Counted from the first letter of the stretch, positions 11,542 through 25,000 are shown. The stretch is DNA of 64,000 nt from Podarcis cretensis (GCA_951804945.1 OX638153.1:31372001-31436000); one strand, 5' to 3'. A program made the numbers and translations. The notes: a model not told the origin generated them from the letters alone.

Positions 11542-11876
11542 CAGGGGTGGGAATCTCAGCCCAAGGGACACTTCAAGGGCAAACTTCAGCCACATGACGG
11601 TGGTGGGCGGGGTCAGAAGCAAAAGTGAGTGGAGCCATGGATGAGCTGTGTTGGACATTCCAGCCATGCAAAAGGGCTGAAGTTGCTGCCCCCAGCCTCC
11701 ATCTCCCTACCCTCCTCCAAAGCAAACAGAGCACTATCACAGTTCAAGAATACGCAGTCTAAGAGCAGAGGAAAATGAGCAGGTGCAGTCTGGAAGCACA
11801 TGGGCTGGGAGAGCCCTGAGGGGCAGACAGAGAGCCCCGGAGGTCTGTATTCGATCTCCAGGTTTCTCACCCCTGC
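11542..11876. mobile_element. hAT-type MITE (old)
   Basis: TIRs CAGGGGTGGGAA / TTCTCACCCCTG. Confidence 0.6.
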
Positions 11877-12469
11877 AATAAGGCAACCGTAGCACTGTGC
11901 AGCATTGAAGGTCCATGCAACCATATGAGTGAAGATAACCATATAATAATCACCTGGCAGGTGCAGCAACCACACCTGCCAGACGTCTCTGTTTTAATAG
12001 CCCCGCGACGATTAAAGAGGCCCTGGAATGCTTCAGGCCAGGAGAGCAGAGTTATCAGATCTACACCGCCTAGGCCGCCTCCTCCGGGCACCAAAGATTG
12101 CACTGAGGAACCTTTCTTCCTGGGTGGCTGTATGACTTTAGTAACTGGCAAGGGGATCACAACCAGCCAGCTCTTTTGTTACGTGCAGTTCGATGCCTTT
12201 CCTTGATATCCTTTCAGGCTTGACTATGGCTGCTTTTGAGCTGGCGCCAATGGGGCAAGTGGAAAGGGAAGCAGGCAGGCAGTCACTTGGCGATGTTGCT
12301 TGTTGACAGTCCCATTCGTAGAGCGCTTCCACTGCCCACTCCTCTGTGCAGTCTTTGTGGATGGGGAACACCTGTCATTCTGTTGCTCAGGAAAACAACA
12401 CCCTGCACTGACCGTGTGAAATTGAATCACCATCACCAGCATTATTTGTATACCTTTATGCATGCAGAT

Positions 12470-12788
12470 GGGACGCGGGTGGCACTGTGGGTTAAACCAC
12501 AGAGCCTAGGACTTGCCGATCAGAAGGTCGGTGGTTCGAATCCCTGCAACAGGGGGAGCTCCCGTTGCTCGGTCCCTGCTCCTGCCAACCTAGCAGTTCG
12601 AAAGCACCTCAAAGTGCAAGTAGATAAATAGGTACCACTTCAACGGAAAGGTAAACGCTGTTTCCATGCACTGCTCTGGTTCGCCAGAAGCGGCTTAGTC
12701 ATGCTGTACGCCGGTTCCCTCGGCCAGTAAAGCGAGATGAGCACCGCAACCCCAGTCATGACTAGTCAGGGGTCCCTTTACCTTTACC
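12470..12788 (+). mobile_element. Sauria SINE
   Basis: GGGACGCGGGTGGCACTGTGGGTTAAACC head, B-box GGTTCGAATCC, CCTTTACCTTTA tail; near-TSD TGCATGCA(G/A)AT. Confidence 0.92.
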
Positions 12789-13004
12789 GTGCATGCAAAT
12801 GTCATAGCAAGTTACAGTCGGGATGGGGAACCTGTGGCCCTTCAGAGGTTGCTGCACTACAGTGTCCCTAGTCATCGTTCATGCTGGCTGGGGCTGATGG
12901 GAGTTGGAGTCCAGCAACATTTGAAGGATTCCTCAACCCAGCCTTACAACAAGCCTGCAAGGTATATTTTCACTTGGAAAACCATGTTAGTATGCTGCAG
13001 AAAA

Positions 13005-13095
13005 CATCTGACAAAAGAGTCTCATGGCACCTTAAACACTAACTAATTTTATTATGGCTTAAGCTTTAATGGACTAGACTCTGCTTCACAGATAC
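13005..13095 (-). mobile_element. Penelope-like terminal repeat remnant (reverse copy ~26290-26390)
   Basis: TGGCACCTTAAA...AAGCTTTAATGGACTAGA versus TCTAGTCCATGAAAGCTT...TTTAAGGTGCCA. Confidence 0.5.
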
Positions 13096-14412
13096 AAGAT
13101 GGTGTGGCTGCTGTTACATGCTGACAGCTTGTAGGAGCCACAGGTGAGAGCTGAGTGCAGGGCGGGGACCAAAGGTGGCCCAACTACCCCAGAAGGAGCA
13201 TGATGTGTTCCCCACCAGAGGTACTACCCCTCCCCTAACACCCCAAACATTTTAAATTTCCAGTTAAATCTTTCCACAACTTTCCACAACACCTGGAAAA
13301 GATGTAAACTGTCTTCATGTTTGCCCATACAAGGAAAAGAGCAACGTTAGCATCTAAGGCTCAGATTGCTTTTTTCTCAGGTGCTGTTTCTCGAACTTCT
13401 GAGCTATACCCTAGGGAAGAGAAAAGAAGGCACCTTCCACTCCCCCAAGGCTTTCCCTTGACTCCAGCACTGATCCTTCACATACTGTATATGAAGAATG
13501 GCAGCAGAGCACATTCTGAAGCTTGAGGGAGACTGGTATAGTTCAGGCTCTGAAGTAACAACTATACGTTATGGTAGGTACATACCTAATCTGACCACCT
13601 TTCTTCTTTTATGTGTGGGGAAATGCAGCCATGGGCTCCATAGCAGGAATATACTCCTGATACAGCACTAATTTCCTGCAGAAAGTCCTCTGCGTGTCCC
13701 CAAATGTGCTGGTTATTGCAAACAGAACATTGAGGTGCAAGTAGCAGCCAGGCAGGGGGCAATTTGCACCAGGAAACTGGTGTGAGTTTCTCCATTCTAG
13801 ATCAGGAGCACATTCTGGAGCAGGGGCCCACAGCTTTTTTCCCCCATGAAATGAAAAATGCCATTTTTAAAAAATGATTGTGATGTCTAAACCTAAATTG
13901 CTTCTATAAAAAAGCACACCCACCATCATCCTGAAATGGAGGATCCTCTTAATCAAATTTATTCAAAATCTCCTTCGTACGCCAGATTTGTTTCTTTGCT
14001 TAATGTCTGAGATCAAGGCTGTTGTGAGCAACAGACCAGGCTTTAAAACTAAATGTACACATTATTTCAGCCCTCTTTTTTCAATCATGTCAATGGTTGC
14101 CAATGTGGAGTTCACCTAAAATACTTTAATAATGCAAATAGAATTCCAAGCAGAAAGAAAACATGGGGCCAACATGATGAGCCTGGCACCAAAGATGACC
14201 AAGCATTAGCCACCAAAAGCCTGTCCAAATGGAATGGCAAGGCGGATGGACTTGTTTCTGGTTTTGTCACACAGCTAAGAAGCAAATAGAGAAGTTCAGG
14301 GGCCAGCACCAAAAAGGTCAGTTCAGTTGTAGCCACTACTTAATAGAAGGCCTTCATAATTAGAGGCCTCTCATCCCTATATCTTGGTCTTCCTGAAAGT
14401 TCATCTGGAGGA

Positions 14413-14544
14413 AGGTTTCCCAACCTTGGGTTTCTAGCTGTTGTCAGACTACAACTCCCATCATCCCTAGCTAGCAAGATCAGTGGTCAGGGATGATGGG
14501 AATTGTAGTCCCAAAACAGCTGGAGACCCAAGTTTGGGAAACCT
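14413..14544. mobile_element. Palindromic hAT MITE, same family as 1393
   Basis: AGGTTTCCCAACCTTGGGT ... ACCCAAGTTTGGGAAACCT; shared core CCCATCATCCCT...AGGGATGATGGG. Confidence 0.8.
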
Positions 14545-14804
14545 TGATGACTTAAAAAGCAGGAACTTCACTGCTGGACTACATTCCTGACTGCTGGGCC
14601 ATGCTGACTGGGGCTGAGGAGTGTTGGAAACCAACAACTTCTGTTTCTTGCCCCTGCTCTACAGGAAAACGTAACTGATCGCTGTGACAATGACTCTGAA
14701 ATGCTGAAAGCTATTATAATGCTAGAAACAAATGCTGAAGGTTCTACGATCCCCATTTTTAAACAAAATCCTCTGCTACTTTACAGATTGAAAGATACTA
14801 CTGC

Positions 14805-15030
14805 CATGGGCACCCACAGGAGTTTCTCTAGGGGGTGGGGGAAGTGAAACACTGAAAATGGGGAGCAGGCTAATCTGTCAGGGGGGGATGAGAATAGTGC
14901 CTGTACGTTTTTGTCTCATATCTCAGGTTCTACAAATGATAGAAATAAACTCTTTTTTAAAAAGCTGGAAATTATGGTTCATCTGAGTGGTGAGCAACAG
15001 CCCCCTTCCTGCCCCCCATGGGTGCCCATG
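14805..15030. mobile_element. TIR-bounded MITE (hAT-like)
   Basis: Perfect 12-bp TIRs CATGGGCACCCA / TGGGTGCCCATG; TSD not preserved. Confidence 0.55.
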
Positions 15031-15204
15031 ATTCTCCCTAAATCTTGCTCAGATTCGTTTTTTTGAATCCTATATACTATTAACAATCTCATTCTGCAAG
15101 TGTGGATCTTTATGTAGCCCAAACAGCACCACTTATGTATAAGAAGTAGGGATCAGGAGGTGCAATGCCAAGGTCTGCAGAAGTAAAAATAAAATAAAAT
15201 AAAC

Positions 15205-15310
15205 CAGCTCAGTTGGTTAGAGTGTGGTGCTGATAATGGCAAGGTTGCAGGTTTGATCCCTGTATGGGACACCTGCATATTCCTGCATTGCAGGGGATTG
15301 GACGATCCTC
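15205..15310 (+). mobile_element. tRNA-derived SINE fragment
   Basis: AGCTCAGTTGGTTAGAG head followed by ATTCCTGCATTGCAGGGG shared with the 1548/7481 family. Confidence 0.65.
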
Positions 15311-15922
15311 AGAAAACCTGTGGGGAGGGAAAGTCCTCAAAACATGCCAGCGAGGACTGAGCATCCTCATTGGCCATAGAATGTTGCGTGATGAGGCCAA
15401 GGAAGAACACTGGGAGGGATGGAATGGAATGGAGTATTGGAGTGGGGGGAGAGACATGGCAGACTAACTGGAACTACAGAGCAACATGTTGTTGCAGATT
15501 CTGCTTTCTTGTTAAAATCCCTTTTCTGCATTCTTAACAGCAAAACCCTCTTTCTATCCTCTGCCCGGTATGCTGCTGCAACGTTATGCAATGTACAGAT
15601 TTTTCAGCGCTTTAGAAATAAGCATCTTCCCTCCTGTTTAAATTCTAGCTCCATAACATTTTGTTCTGATTGCATATGGGGTGGAAGTCGTTAGATTAGT
15701 TAACTGCCTAGAAACTCCTGGCGTCGATGGCTAGTTTGGCATCGCCATTTCTCATTCATTGCTGTGTTGCAACGGGGGTGGGTGGGGCGGAATTCCAGCT
15801 CCCTTTTAAGCTTCTTGCTTTCCTCCGGGTTCTTTCCTGACACAGTTATTAACGAAACACAGAAAACAATGATGGACCTGAATGATCAATGGAGCGTGCA
15901 GGGCCAGCAGCCCCCCCCCCCG

Positions 15923-15924
<2 letters not shown>

Positions 15925-15966
<42 letters not shown>
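15925..15966. repeat. (AC)n microsatellite
   Basis: About 20 uninterrupted units. Confidence 0.95.
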
Positions 15967-15968
<2 letters not shown>

Positions 15969-16146
15969 CGACCGTGCTTTCTGTACTGTGCTACTTCAGT
16001 TTAGGCCGGCCTCAACTGCAGGAACAACGGAATTTACTGCTCAGTTAAAAATAAAGGGGATGGGGTGGGGGATTTGACAGAGGAAATAAACACCGCTTTA
16101 AAGCTCCAGTTTCTCCCAAACTGTCCTGCGGCAGTAAAACAAGTGA

Positions 16147-16162
16147 GCACAAGGGGGCGCTG
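16147..16162 (+). promoter_or_regulatory. Candidate CTCF site
   Basis: GCACAAGGGGGCGCTG matches the CTCF core, within a CpG-retaining unique block. Confidence 0.5.
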
Positions 16163-17051
16163 TGCAACCTTAGCCTCAGCCAGGCTAGGGACACAGCAGC
16201 AGCAGCTGCAGCAGCACCCACGACCACCGTCTAATTAAGATCTCTTGTTACACACTTGCTTCCTGGTGACCTCGGAGGAAAGTCAGGGGGTGGCTTGGCC
16301 GCGTAACCCTCAGATGCCCAGCAACGAAAGTCTTAATCAGCAGTAAGGCCAAGGCTTGGGATGAGGCTGCGGTCAAGCAGCGGCTCACGCTGTCAGGCTC
16401 CTAGGACGTGCGAGGAGCACCAGCAGCCCGGAAGCAAAGGGTGTGAATGAGAGCCTGGGACTTGGACAACGGGGAATCGGCCCATCAGCAGGAGACATGG
16501 AAAAGCACTCCTAACACCCTACAGGTTTGCCTCAAGTTCCTCTTTTAAGAGCCTCGGTTTGGCTAGGACATGCCCTGGGGAGATGGCAGAATGATTGTGC
16601 TCCCCCCACTACAGAACATTAATTTATTGCTTCATCCTCATGTATGCCTAGCAAAGTGCTTATGAAGGGGAAACACGACTGGTGGTGTGCTTTTGTTTTG
16701 TTGTTTTTTTAACACATTAGACCACGTCAGTCTCTCTCTCTCTCCCTCCTCCTTTCCTATCATTAGTTGATGTTAGCACCAATGGATTAGGGAACGGGCC
16801 ATTAATTCTCCCAAGTTTTGAATATCCTGGCAGTTAAGCAAACAGAGGAGCCAAATCAGATGCACGAGGATGTAAGCAAGGCCAGTCTGTTTGTCTGTTT
16901 GCTCAGAAGGAAGGCCTTCCAAGTTCACTGGGACTCAACTCTCCAGTTGGTTTGCTAGGACTACACTTTGTATTTTTGGGTGCAATCACAGCACCCAACT
17001 GCAACCCTTCCACAGTTACCCCAAGGCCTTTTCTAAGACAGATCTCTCATG

Positions 17052-17941
17052 CATAGCTGTCAAGCGTCCCTTATTTGAAGGGACAGTCCCTTATTCCAGT
17101 GCCATGTCCCGCTGCTGTCCCTTATTGATGGATGTCCCTTAAATGATGTCCCTTAAATTTCAAAGGAAGCAGCTCCTCTCCCTCCCTCCCTGCCGGCCAG
17201 GGAGGAGGGAGGCTCCAACTGTGTTGCTTGGCTGTGTTGCTCACCCAATAAGAAGTCTAAGAACGACTGGGGGGTAGAGCTTGCATGCCTTGTGCTGATC
17301 AAATTGGCTGCGTTCCCTGGGGACTCGCCTTTGCTCAGCGCTTCCCAGCGGAGAGGTGACGGTGGTTTTCCTTGAGGCTTCGTTTGGCTGCTGGCTGGGC
17401 TTTCTGCCTTTGGGTCAGAGGGGCTCAGAAGTTGAACATAACTGTGCTGAGTGCTCAGATCGGAATCGGATGGATACGTCATCGACGGCCCACTCACCCT
17501 TGCCGGCGAAAAGGTCTGTCTGGAGCGGGGGCACATGGTGGGGGAACAGGAAAGGAGATCTCGTGGGAGGGGGCGAGGCTGTGTGTGTGTGTGGCTAATT
17601 AATGCAAGCTGAGGGGTTTTTTGAATGCTGGATGCCATTTTGTTGCACGTGCTGCTGCAAACTTTGCAGTGCAAAGCCAGGCCGGGGAGCCATCTTAAGT
17701 TGAGGCTGCATAGGCCTTGTGGTGCATGTGATTCAGATTCTATTCAGTTGAACCTCTGGTTACAAAGTTGGTTGGACAGTGTTCTCGAAGCTACCAGCAT
17801 GAGTTTGACCAGACTGCAGGAGGACAGGAAGACTGGAGTGCCTGGAACAGGTGAGGCTGCAGGTCCCTTATTTTGGCTGCTGATCCCTTATTTTCAAGGC
17901 TGCTGGTCCCTTATTTTCAAATCTGTAAGTTGACAGCTATG
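17052..17941. mobile_element. Non-autonomous DNA transposon, 890 bp, 6-bp TSD
   Basis: Perfect 12-bp TIR CATAGCTGTCAA / TTGACAGCTATG; TSD CTCATG (17046-17051 and 17942-17947); eight subterminal TCCCTTA repeats. Confidence 0.88.
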
Positions 17942-19129
17942 CTCATGCCAAGAGACCAGGTAGCACAGACTGTAGGGCAAGGCTGCCAAATTACTGCTCC
18001 CTTTTTTCCTGCACCAGAGGATAAGTCCCTTCAGACCTGGCTGGCTCCCTTTTATAATGCAATAAATACAGAGAATATTTCTTTCAAGGTTTCCTTTTAG
18101 GCCGCCCGGAATAAATGTCTCTGGTTGCTTCCATTCTCACAACCACATGCGACGGATAATAAACACAATCTGTAGTCTGCTTTCAAGCCCACTCTCTAGA
18201 AGTTAGTGACCCTCAACACACTTGAACCATGCACTTGTCCTTTGGTAAAGACAAGAGTTTTGCACTCTCCCGATGAATATATAAATGGGGAGAGGCTTCA
18301 CAATCCAGTTATGCTCTGTGTCATTTATTCTGAGCATATTAATTATTCACATTCATAAAAGCCCAACAGAGAATTAGACTCTTTTTAATGGCTCTCTGAA
18401 AGACTGAAGAAAAAAAAAGCCAGTTCTTTAATTGCTCTCTAGCAACACCAGCCCTGTTATTAGACAGAGGAAGGCAGCTGCCTCACGCAGCAGGTGTTGA
18501 GGGTGGGAAGTGTCAACAGGTGTTGAAGGTCAGAGCTGTGTGTGCCATTGGGTCTGCTCTGCATTGCCCAGGTTAGGCTGTCAGCCTCAGGTGAGCCTTG
18601 AAATGCTGCCCTGTCACCAGTTTCTATATGTGAACTGGATGGGGGAATGCGATCTTGTCCTTCATCTTAGGCAGCAAAAGGACTTGGACTGGCTTTGTTC
18701 TTTAGCCATCATGAATGGAGGGGGAGTATATTTTTGTTTATTGATTTAGCAAGGATATTTACCACACACACAACTTGTTATAGAATAATATATGCTATTA
18801 GATAATAGAGATGATAATGATCTATTATTATTCTGTTATAAATTATAGGTAATTTATGCATCACTTTTTACACGTGTGCCAAGGCAACTTACAAGCATAT
18901 CAGAAACACAGCTAAAGTAGTTCTAAAAACAGTACAGTAGTTCTAAAAACAGTCTTGTTTTTTTAAAAGCCAAGGCAGAGATATTTTCTTCCAGCTGCTC
19001 TTATTTCTGGAAAGTAGAGATAGCAGGAACCTGCTGTTCCATAGAACCCCACTGAAAGCCCTGTTCCGAGTGACTGTGGAATGGGCTTCTGATATTTTGG
19101 GCGCTTGCTGGATAAACCACTTGCAGAAT

Positions 19130-19425
19130 GCAGTGGTTCATGTGGAATGTGAAGGATAAGGTGGTCCCCCAAGCAGCCTGTCCTTGAGCTGTATAGGGCC
19201 ATAAATGTTAGTGAGAAAAACCTTGAACTTGGCCTAGTAGCGGATTGGCAGCCTCGGCGAATGCTGCAAACAAGGTGTTATATGCAACCTAGCAGTTGCG
19301 TTCTGCAGCCTCTGAACCACCTTCAAGAGTAGCCCGAGATAGAGCGCATTGCAATGATCCAAGCTTGACATTACCAGTGCATGGACAACTGTGGCGAAGC
19401 TAACCCAATCCAGGAACAACCATGT
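19130..19425 (-). mobile_element. L2 LINE fragment
   Basis: Translates to ATVVHALVMSSLDHCNALYLGL...LQNATARL, typical of L2 ORF2 C-terminus. Confidence 0.75.
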
Positions 19426-19639
19426 GTTAAAAAAGAAGGGAGAAATAGTTTTCCAAGTGCTTCTTCAAGGCTAATTCTCATACACAGACACACACACACG
19501 CTTCCTTTCTTGTTTTTTGTAATGGCTGTGCTAATGCCCCTCTATCTTTTTGTATGTGTTCGATGCAGATTGGATCCCCCAACTTGTCTATTAGAGGATA
19601 CATAAAGCAGATTAGCACAGCCATTCCCTTGTTACTGTA

Positions 19640-19712
19640 TATTATATTAATTATTATATTATATTATATTATATTATATTATATTATATTATATTGTATT
19701 GTATTATTATAT
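19640..19712. repeat. (ATATT)n microsatellite
   Basis: Direct inspection. Confidence 0.9.
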
Positions 19713-21169
19713 TGCATTCCCATACTGAATATTTGGTCTGTATGTGCAGTGGGGGTTGGTCAGCAGTTACCTGTTTAAAGAAACCTGAGGCACCTTGAGA
19801 GGATTCATATTATCATTGGGAATGATGGGAGTTGTAGTCCAACAACTTACGAAGAGCCGAAGGCTCTAAAGCCCTGGTATAAAATATTGCAAGTAGTGAA
19901 GTAGTTTCATGCAGAAGTAGCGAAGTAGCTTCATTCACTACAATAATGAATAGCAAAGATGAAGTACAATGCAATTAATAAAATGATACCCAAATTACCC
20001 AGTTATAATGTCCTTAGCTATAATAAATTTGTTGTCAATAAAGTGGCCTTTAAGGCTGTAGTTGCCTTGAAATTAGATGGGCTTTGCTAAACTAAATGCA
20101 ATAAACTGTAATGGCGATTCTCTGATATCATCAACTGTAATGGTTATTCTTCCATATAACATGCAATAAGTAAAAAAGATCCATTCGCTTTGATACCGGC
20201 CAGGGTATTTATCTAGATATATTTTAGCTTTGTTCCTTTCCGTGTTCCTGTTGTGATGACCTTCAGTCTGAACAATTTATGACTGACAATAATACTCAGC
20301 TTAAAAATCTGCTGTGAGACTGAAGTCCAACTGTGATGAAATCCACCTCAACAGGAAGTCTCGGCAATTGCCTGTTTCAGCTGATATTATAAGCATTCAA
20401 GTGGAGGGGAGGGGAGAGAAATAATGGACACTCCAGACAAAAATATCCATAGTGCAATCACAGATTGCCTTTATATAACATTGGTAAATCTCAATACATT
20501 GGCATGTGTAGCAACCTTCAACCAGTTTCTTAAAAAAAACAAAAACCACCAACCAACAATTTTGTCACGTTTCATTGCTTTCCTTTTAAGTGGAATGGTA
20601 TGTTCCACTCGTCATTTTTTTTAAAAGTGAATCTGAATAGGAAGGCAGATTAGGAGAAATCTCTATTGCTGGCATGTTTCAGATCTTGAAAAGTTCAGTT
20701 TTAAAAAGGAACTAGTTAAAGTTCAACACGTCTCAACAGCAAATAATTCCAATTCACATTCATCCCTTTACAAAATGAATGAGTTCAATTCATGTTCAGT
20801 TCACAGTTCTATTCAGTTCATCCAAACGATCCTTGGCCATTCCCCCCCCCCCCGCAAAGTTTTCAGGGATTTTATGTGCTTCAAAATCTTAGTTCAGAGA
20901 TGAAAGTTGGACCAATGAAATGAGTGCACAGACTCTTAAGAAACAATAATACCTACTCTCTGGAAAACAACAACAATCTATTGTCTATTTCAAGACTGGG
21001 TATGCACAGCACCTTGTGGTCCTTCTGTAACATGCTTTGGTTCACCCAAGCTTCTCATTATGAAGCTTTTAAATCAATGGGTTATCTTTTAAAAAATGGC
21101 TGTTTCCTCATTTTCTGTGATAAACTCAATTTAGTGCACCTGCTTCGTCTGCTTTCTGATGCTCTAAGA

Positions 21170-21305
21170 TAGTGATTCTCAAACTTGGGTCTCTAGCAGT
21201 TGTTGGACCAAAACTCTCATCATCCCTAGCTAGCAGGACCAGTAGTCAGGGATGACCAGAACTGCAGTCCAGCAACAGCTGGAGAACCAAGTTTGAGAAA
21301 CACTG
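21170..21305. mobile_element. Palindromic hAT MITE, same family as 14413
   Basis: AGTGATTCTCAAACTTGG ... CCAAGTTTGAGAAACACTG. Confidence 0.8.
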
Positions 21306-23244
21306 TTATCTAACAGCATTAGAAAAAAGGAAAATGGCACTATGCCTATTTATCTTTCTGCAAGAGATGCATCTTGCTTTCTGTGCAAGCCATTGCTGTA
21401 CTAGACATCTCTTAGCCTGCTCATTCTCTGCATGAGTCTTTTTATGTCTCTCCCCACACTTTATGCAATGCTGCATAAACCAACAATGCTCTGAAATCCA
21501 CAACAGAATCAGACCGGAATAAATCCATATTTTTTTTTTTAAAAAAGAGAATAAAAAGCAGCTGCAAGGTTTCAAGGACACCCATTGTTTGATTCAAAGC
21601 TGGGGCAATGAGTTCTTCATCACTGTTGAATGGAATACTTGGCTTCTTTGGAATTAAGTAAAGTATACTTAGCCTGGAGACAGAAGATAGTTTCTGAGAG
21701 AATCGCTTCCCATGGAGCAAAAGCAGGATGAGTATGGACACCACTGGCAATGATTCCTCTTTCAACCAAGCTCTGTGAAGGAAGGGGAGGGGAAGCAATC
21801 GTCTTCAGCTATAGTTGTGTAGAATCATAGGCTGCTTGAGTGAGACATATCAAAACCAGCCCCCAGCAGAAAAGAGCGATCCTTCACATTTCAACTGCTG
21901 AATCATATTACCCATATCTTGTGTCACAAGCAACACCACACTGCACCACGCCAAAGGTGCCTGCAATGCACTGTTTCATGTTGAGGGTTAGAAAGCATAA
22001 ACAAGGCAAGGAGGGCTGTGAAACAACCGAATATATGACAAGAAGACTCTCAGACTTGATCCGGCTGCACAGAGCTCCCACCCAGCTTCTAACCATGAAA
22101 CCTTTTGCCCTTCAGATCCTTGAAAATAAGAATGGTGACCAAAGAGATTAACCGAAAGAGAATCATGAGGAAAACATCTTCCCAACGAAGCTATAACAAG
22201 TAGCTAAACGCAGCATTTGGGGGTCAGAGAGCTGCAATCCCATTGGCCATGAAGAATCGCCCATCCTATCTAATCCTCTCTCAATGGTGCAGCAGAAAAA
22301 GGGAGGGTTTTTTTGAAACCTGCATGCATGATAGCACCACAGCACATTTTAATCTGCCCATGACAAGTCTGTTTTCTTGTGCCGTGATACCACTGCTGCA
22401 GTACTGCTTTGCTGGTAGGCTAGGGTGAGCGTGGTGACTCGCAAGGCTATGACTGACAGTTTCATTAAGCAATTCCATTGAATTTAGGGCCATTCACGTA
22501 GCCACTTTCGGGTGCAGTGACCCATTTGTCAACTTGCAATGGCAAGTTCAGCCCTCCCTGTGTAACATTCCGAACTGAATGGTGTGGTTGGTCCAGCACG
22601 TTCCACCCAAACTGTGCTGAATGACAACCTTGTTGTCTCCGTGTTGGCCATTATTCCCTGCATTCCAGTAAGCACCAAGGTAGTTCCATCAGATCAGCAT
22701 TGCTCGAGGCTGAAACATGCTCCTTCTTCTAAGCAACAGAGGCTGGTCCATGGGTGCAAATGAGACAAATGGCCCTCACAGCCTCAACCAGCTCTTGGCT
22801 GCCTGTCTTCTTACTTATGATGAGCAAAGGGATGACTGTACCTGTCACTGACTTCACCTCTTGGTTTCTCTGTCTTCTCCACTTCCAGTCCCTACAGGCT
22901 GAGGTCTACTGTACCATACCTCAAATACATTGCTCTGCAATAGCTTTGTGCTACCATTTCAGGAGTATACAGAACTGTGCATGGATCTATTCTTTATGAA
23001 TTCACTTAAAGCTTTTAAAAAAGCAAAGTAGATGTTGGCTGTCTACCGTTTTCAGCAGCGATGCACCCGAATCCCCTTCTCGCCATGTAAGATCTTGCCA
23101 AAATTACCCATGTCTCAAAACCACATTCTGCATTTGTCTGCTCCATATCTTTGGCTGTGTGAATGGGGCAGAAATGTGGGGCGAAGGGGCACAGAGTCAT
23201 ATATTTCTGACTACCAGAAACTGAGGTCAAGTTATCTATCTATC

Positions 23245-23455
23245 TAATTTATATTTCCACCTCTCCTTCAGGGAGCTCAAGACGGTGTGTACACGTTCTC
23301 TTCCTCTACATTTTATCTTCACAACAACCCTGTGAAGTAGGTTAGGCTGAGAGACTGTGACTGTGAAACCCAGTGAGTTTCTTAGCCAAGCAGCGATTTG
23401 AACCCTGGTCTCTCAGGTCCTAGCCCAGAACTCTATAACCTCTAGGCCACACTCC
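23245..23455 (-). mobile_element. MIR-like SINE
   Basis: Homologous to 1882-2095 (ACAACCCTGTGAAGTAGGTTAGGCTGAGAGA). Confidence 0.7.
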
Positions 23456-24827
23456 TCTGTTTGTGGGCTTCCCAAGTGTATAAAGGTGGGGTATAAATAA
23501 ATATATATATATATAATAATAATGTATGTGGCCGGCTGCTGTTAGACTGAAAGAAGTGGACTCAGAAGACTAAGTTGGTTTGATTTGTCATCAACGGTTC
23601 TTACGGATCAGAGTTTTCCTTTGATTCAATGAGGTCATGGAATGCAATGATACAGTACTAATGGGCATCACCAGGACCAGTGGAGCAATAGTACAGCTGA
23701 AAACTGCAGTACAAGAGAGTTGGATTTAATAGTCAAACAGTGCACCAGCCTATTATATGCAAGGACAGTTAGAACGAATCCAGCCTCACCTGCCTAAATC
23801 TTGGCTGGGGAAAGGATCATGGTGTTGTTTCCTGCACATCATAGAGACCCTGTCTCGCAGGGCAAGCACAATGAAGATCGCAGAGCGCTTTGCAAATCAA
23901 AATACAGTATAGACTACAAGAATCAACAGCAGCTTAAATTGCACCAAGGCTAAACTAGTCTGGCCGGTAGGTTGCAAGAGAGAAGCTGAGCCCTGCTGCT
24001 TGAAAATGATGAAGGTTGCACTAGACTAAAGCATTTTAAAAGCCTGATACTGTGTTTTCTGCTTCTTCAAACAACCACTGCTTTTTTTTTTTCTGGCAGC
24101 CTCTGTCTTTATCCAGTTTATCACTTCAAGATGCGACTGATGGTTCTCAGGGAGATTAGCACACTTTGGATTGTTATTTTCAGCCCTGGTCAACATGGAA
24201 GGAGCCTTCGGTAGGGACACACTAGGTTAGCTAGAGGCCCTTGTCCATTCCATTCCAAGGCTGCTTTGGTCTTCAAGGCAATCTGCATAAATTACGCATA
24301 ACTACACTATTGTGTCTGACAGTCACTCCAACCTAATTAGGAATTTGCGAGGTGAAGGAAGAAAAGGAACATGCGCTGAGAGAGTAAAATGGAAAGGCTA
24401 AGTAAAGATATTGATACATTCTATGGCAGCTACATTTGGAATGGGTTGGATAAAGAAAAGGACTCCCCAAGAGCGTGTAAAAGTGGTACAACATAGGCAT
24501 AGGCAAACTGGCTTCAAAACCTCCCTTAGCTTTGAAGCCTAGGGCGAGTCACACTGCCTCCTTCAAGTTTGCTGTGTGAGGCTAGACCATCGCTTTGAGG
24601 TCCTTGGGTTGTGTGTGTGTGTTGGGGAAAGGTGTGATACAATCAAAAGAAGCCAATTCCATAGCTCTTGTAACCAGAGCAACTTCCTCCACAGACTCTG
24701 GTTACAAAGCAGTCGCTTGGTTCACTGTCCCTTCCCCACCAGATCAGTACTGAGGTATGGCATTGACTTATGGGCAGACCTACCAACCTAAAAAAGCCTT
24801 CTGCTCACATAAATGGAGACTGGAATA

Positions 24828-25000
24828 CCAATAGGTAGAGCATCTGCTTTGCATGCAGGGGGTCCTTGGTTCGATCCCCAGCATCTCTTGGTAGGACTCA
24901 GAATTTCTCTTGCCTGAAATCCTGGAGACATGCTGCTTAGACAATACTGATCTGGGTGGACCAATGGTCTGAGTCAGTATAAGGCAGCTTCCTGTGTTCC
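24828..25000 (+). mobile_element. tRNA(Ala)-like-headed SINE
   Basis: GGTAGAGCATCTGCTTTGCATGCAG...GGTTCGATCCCC head; GGACCAATGGTCTGAGTCAGTATAAGGCAGCTTCCT tail. Confidence 0.7.

Noticed and set aside
17060-17160. Short spaced GTCCCTTA repeats resembling a CRISPR array
   Set aside because: 8-bp units with irregular short spacers inside a TIR/TSD-bounded transposon in eukaryotic DNA; these are subterminal repeats
21850-22740. Possible very old Penelope/LINE remnants
   Set aside because: Too degenerate to assign boundaries or family without a search
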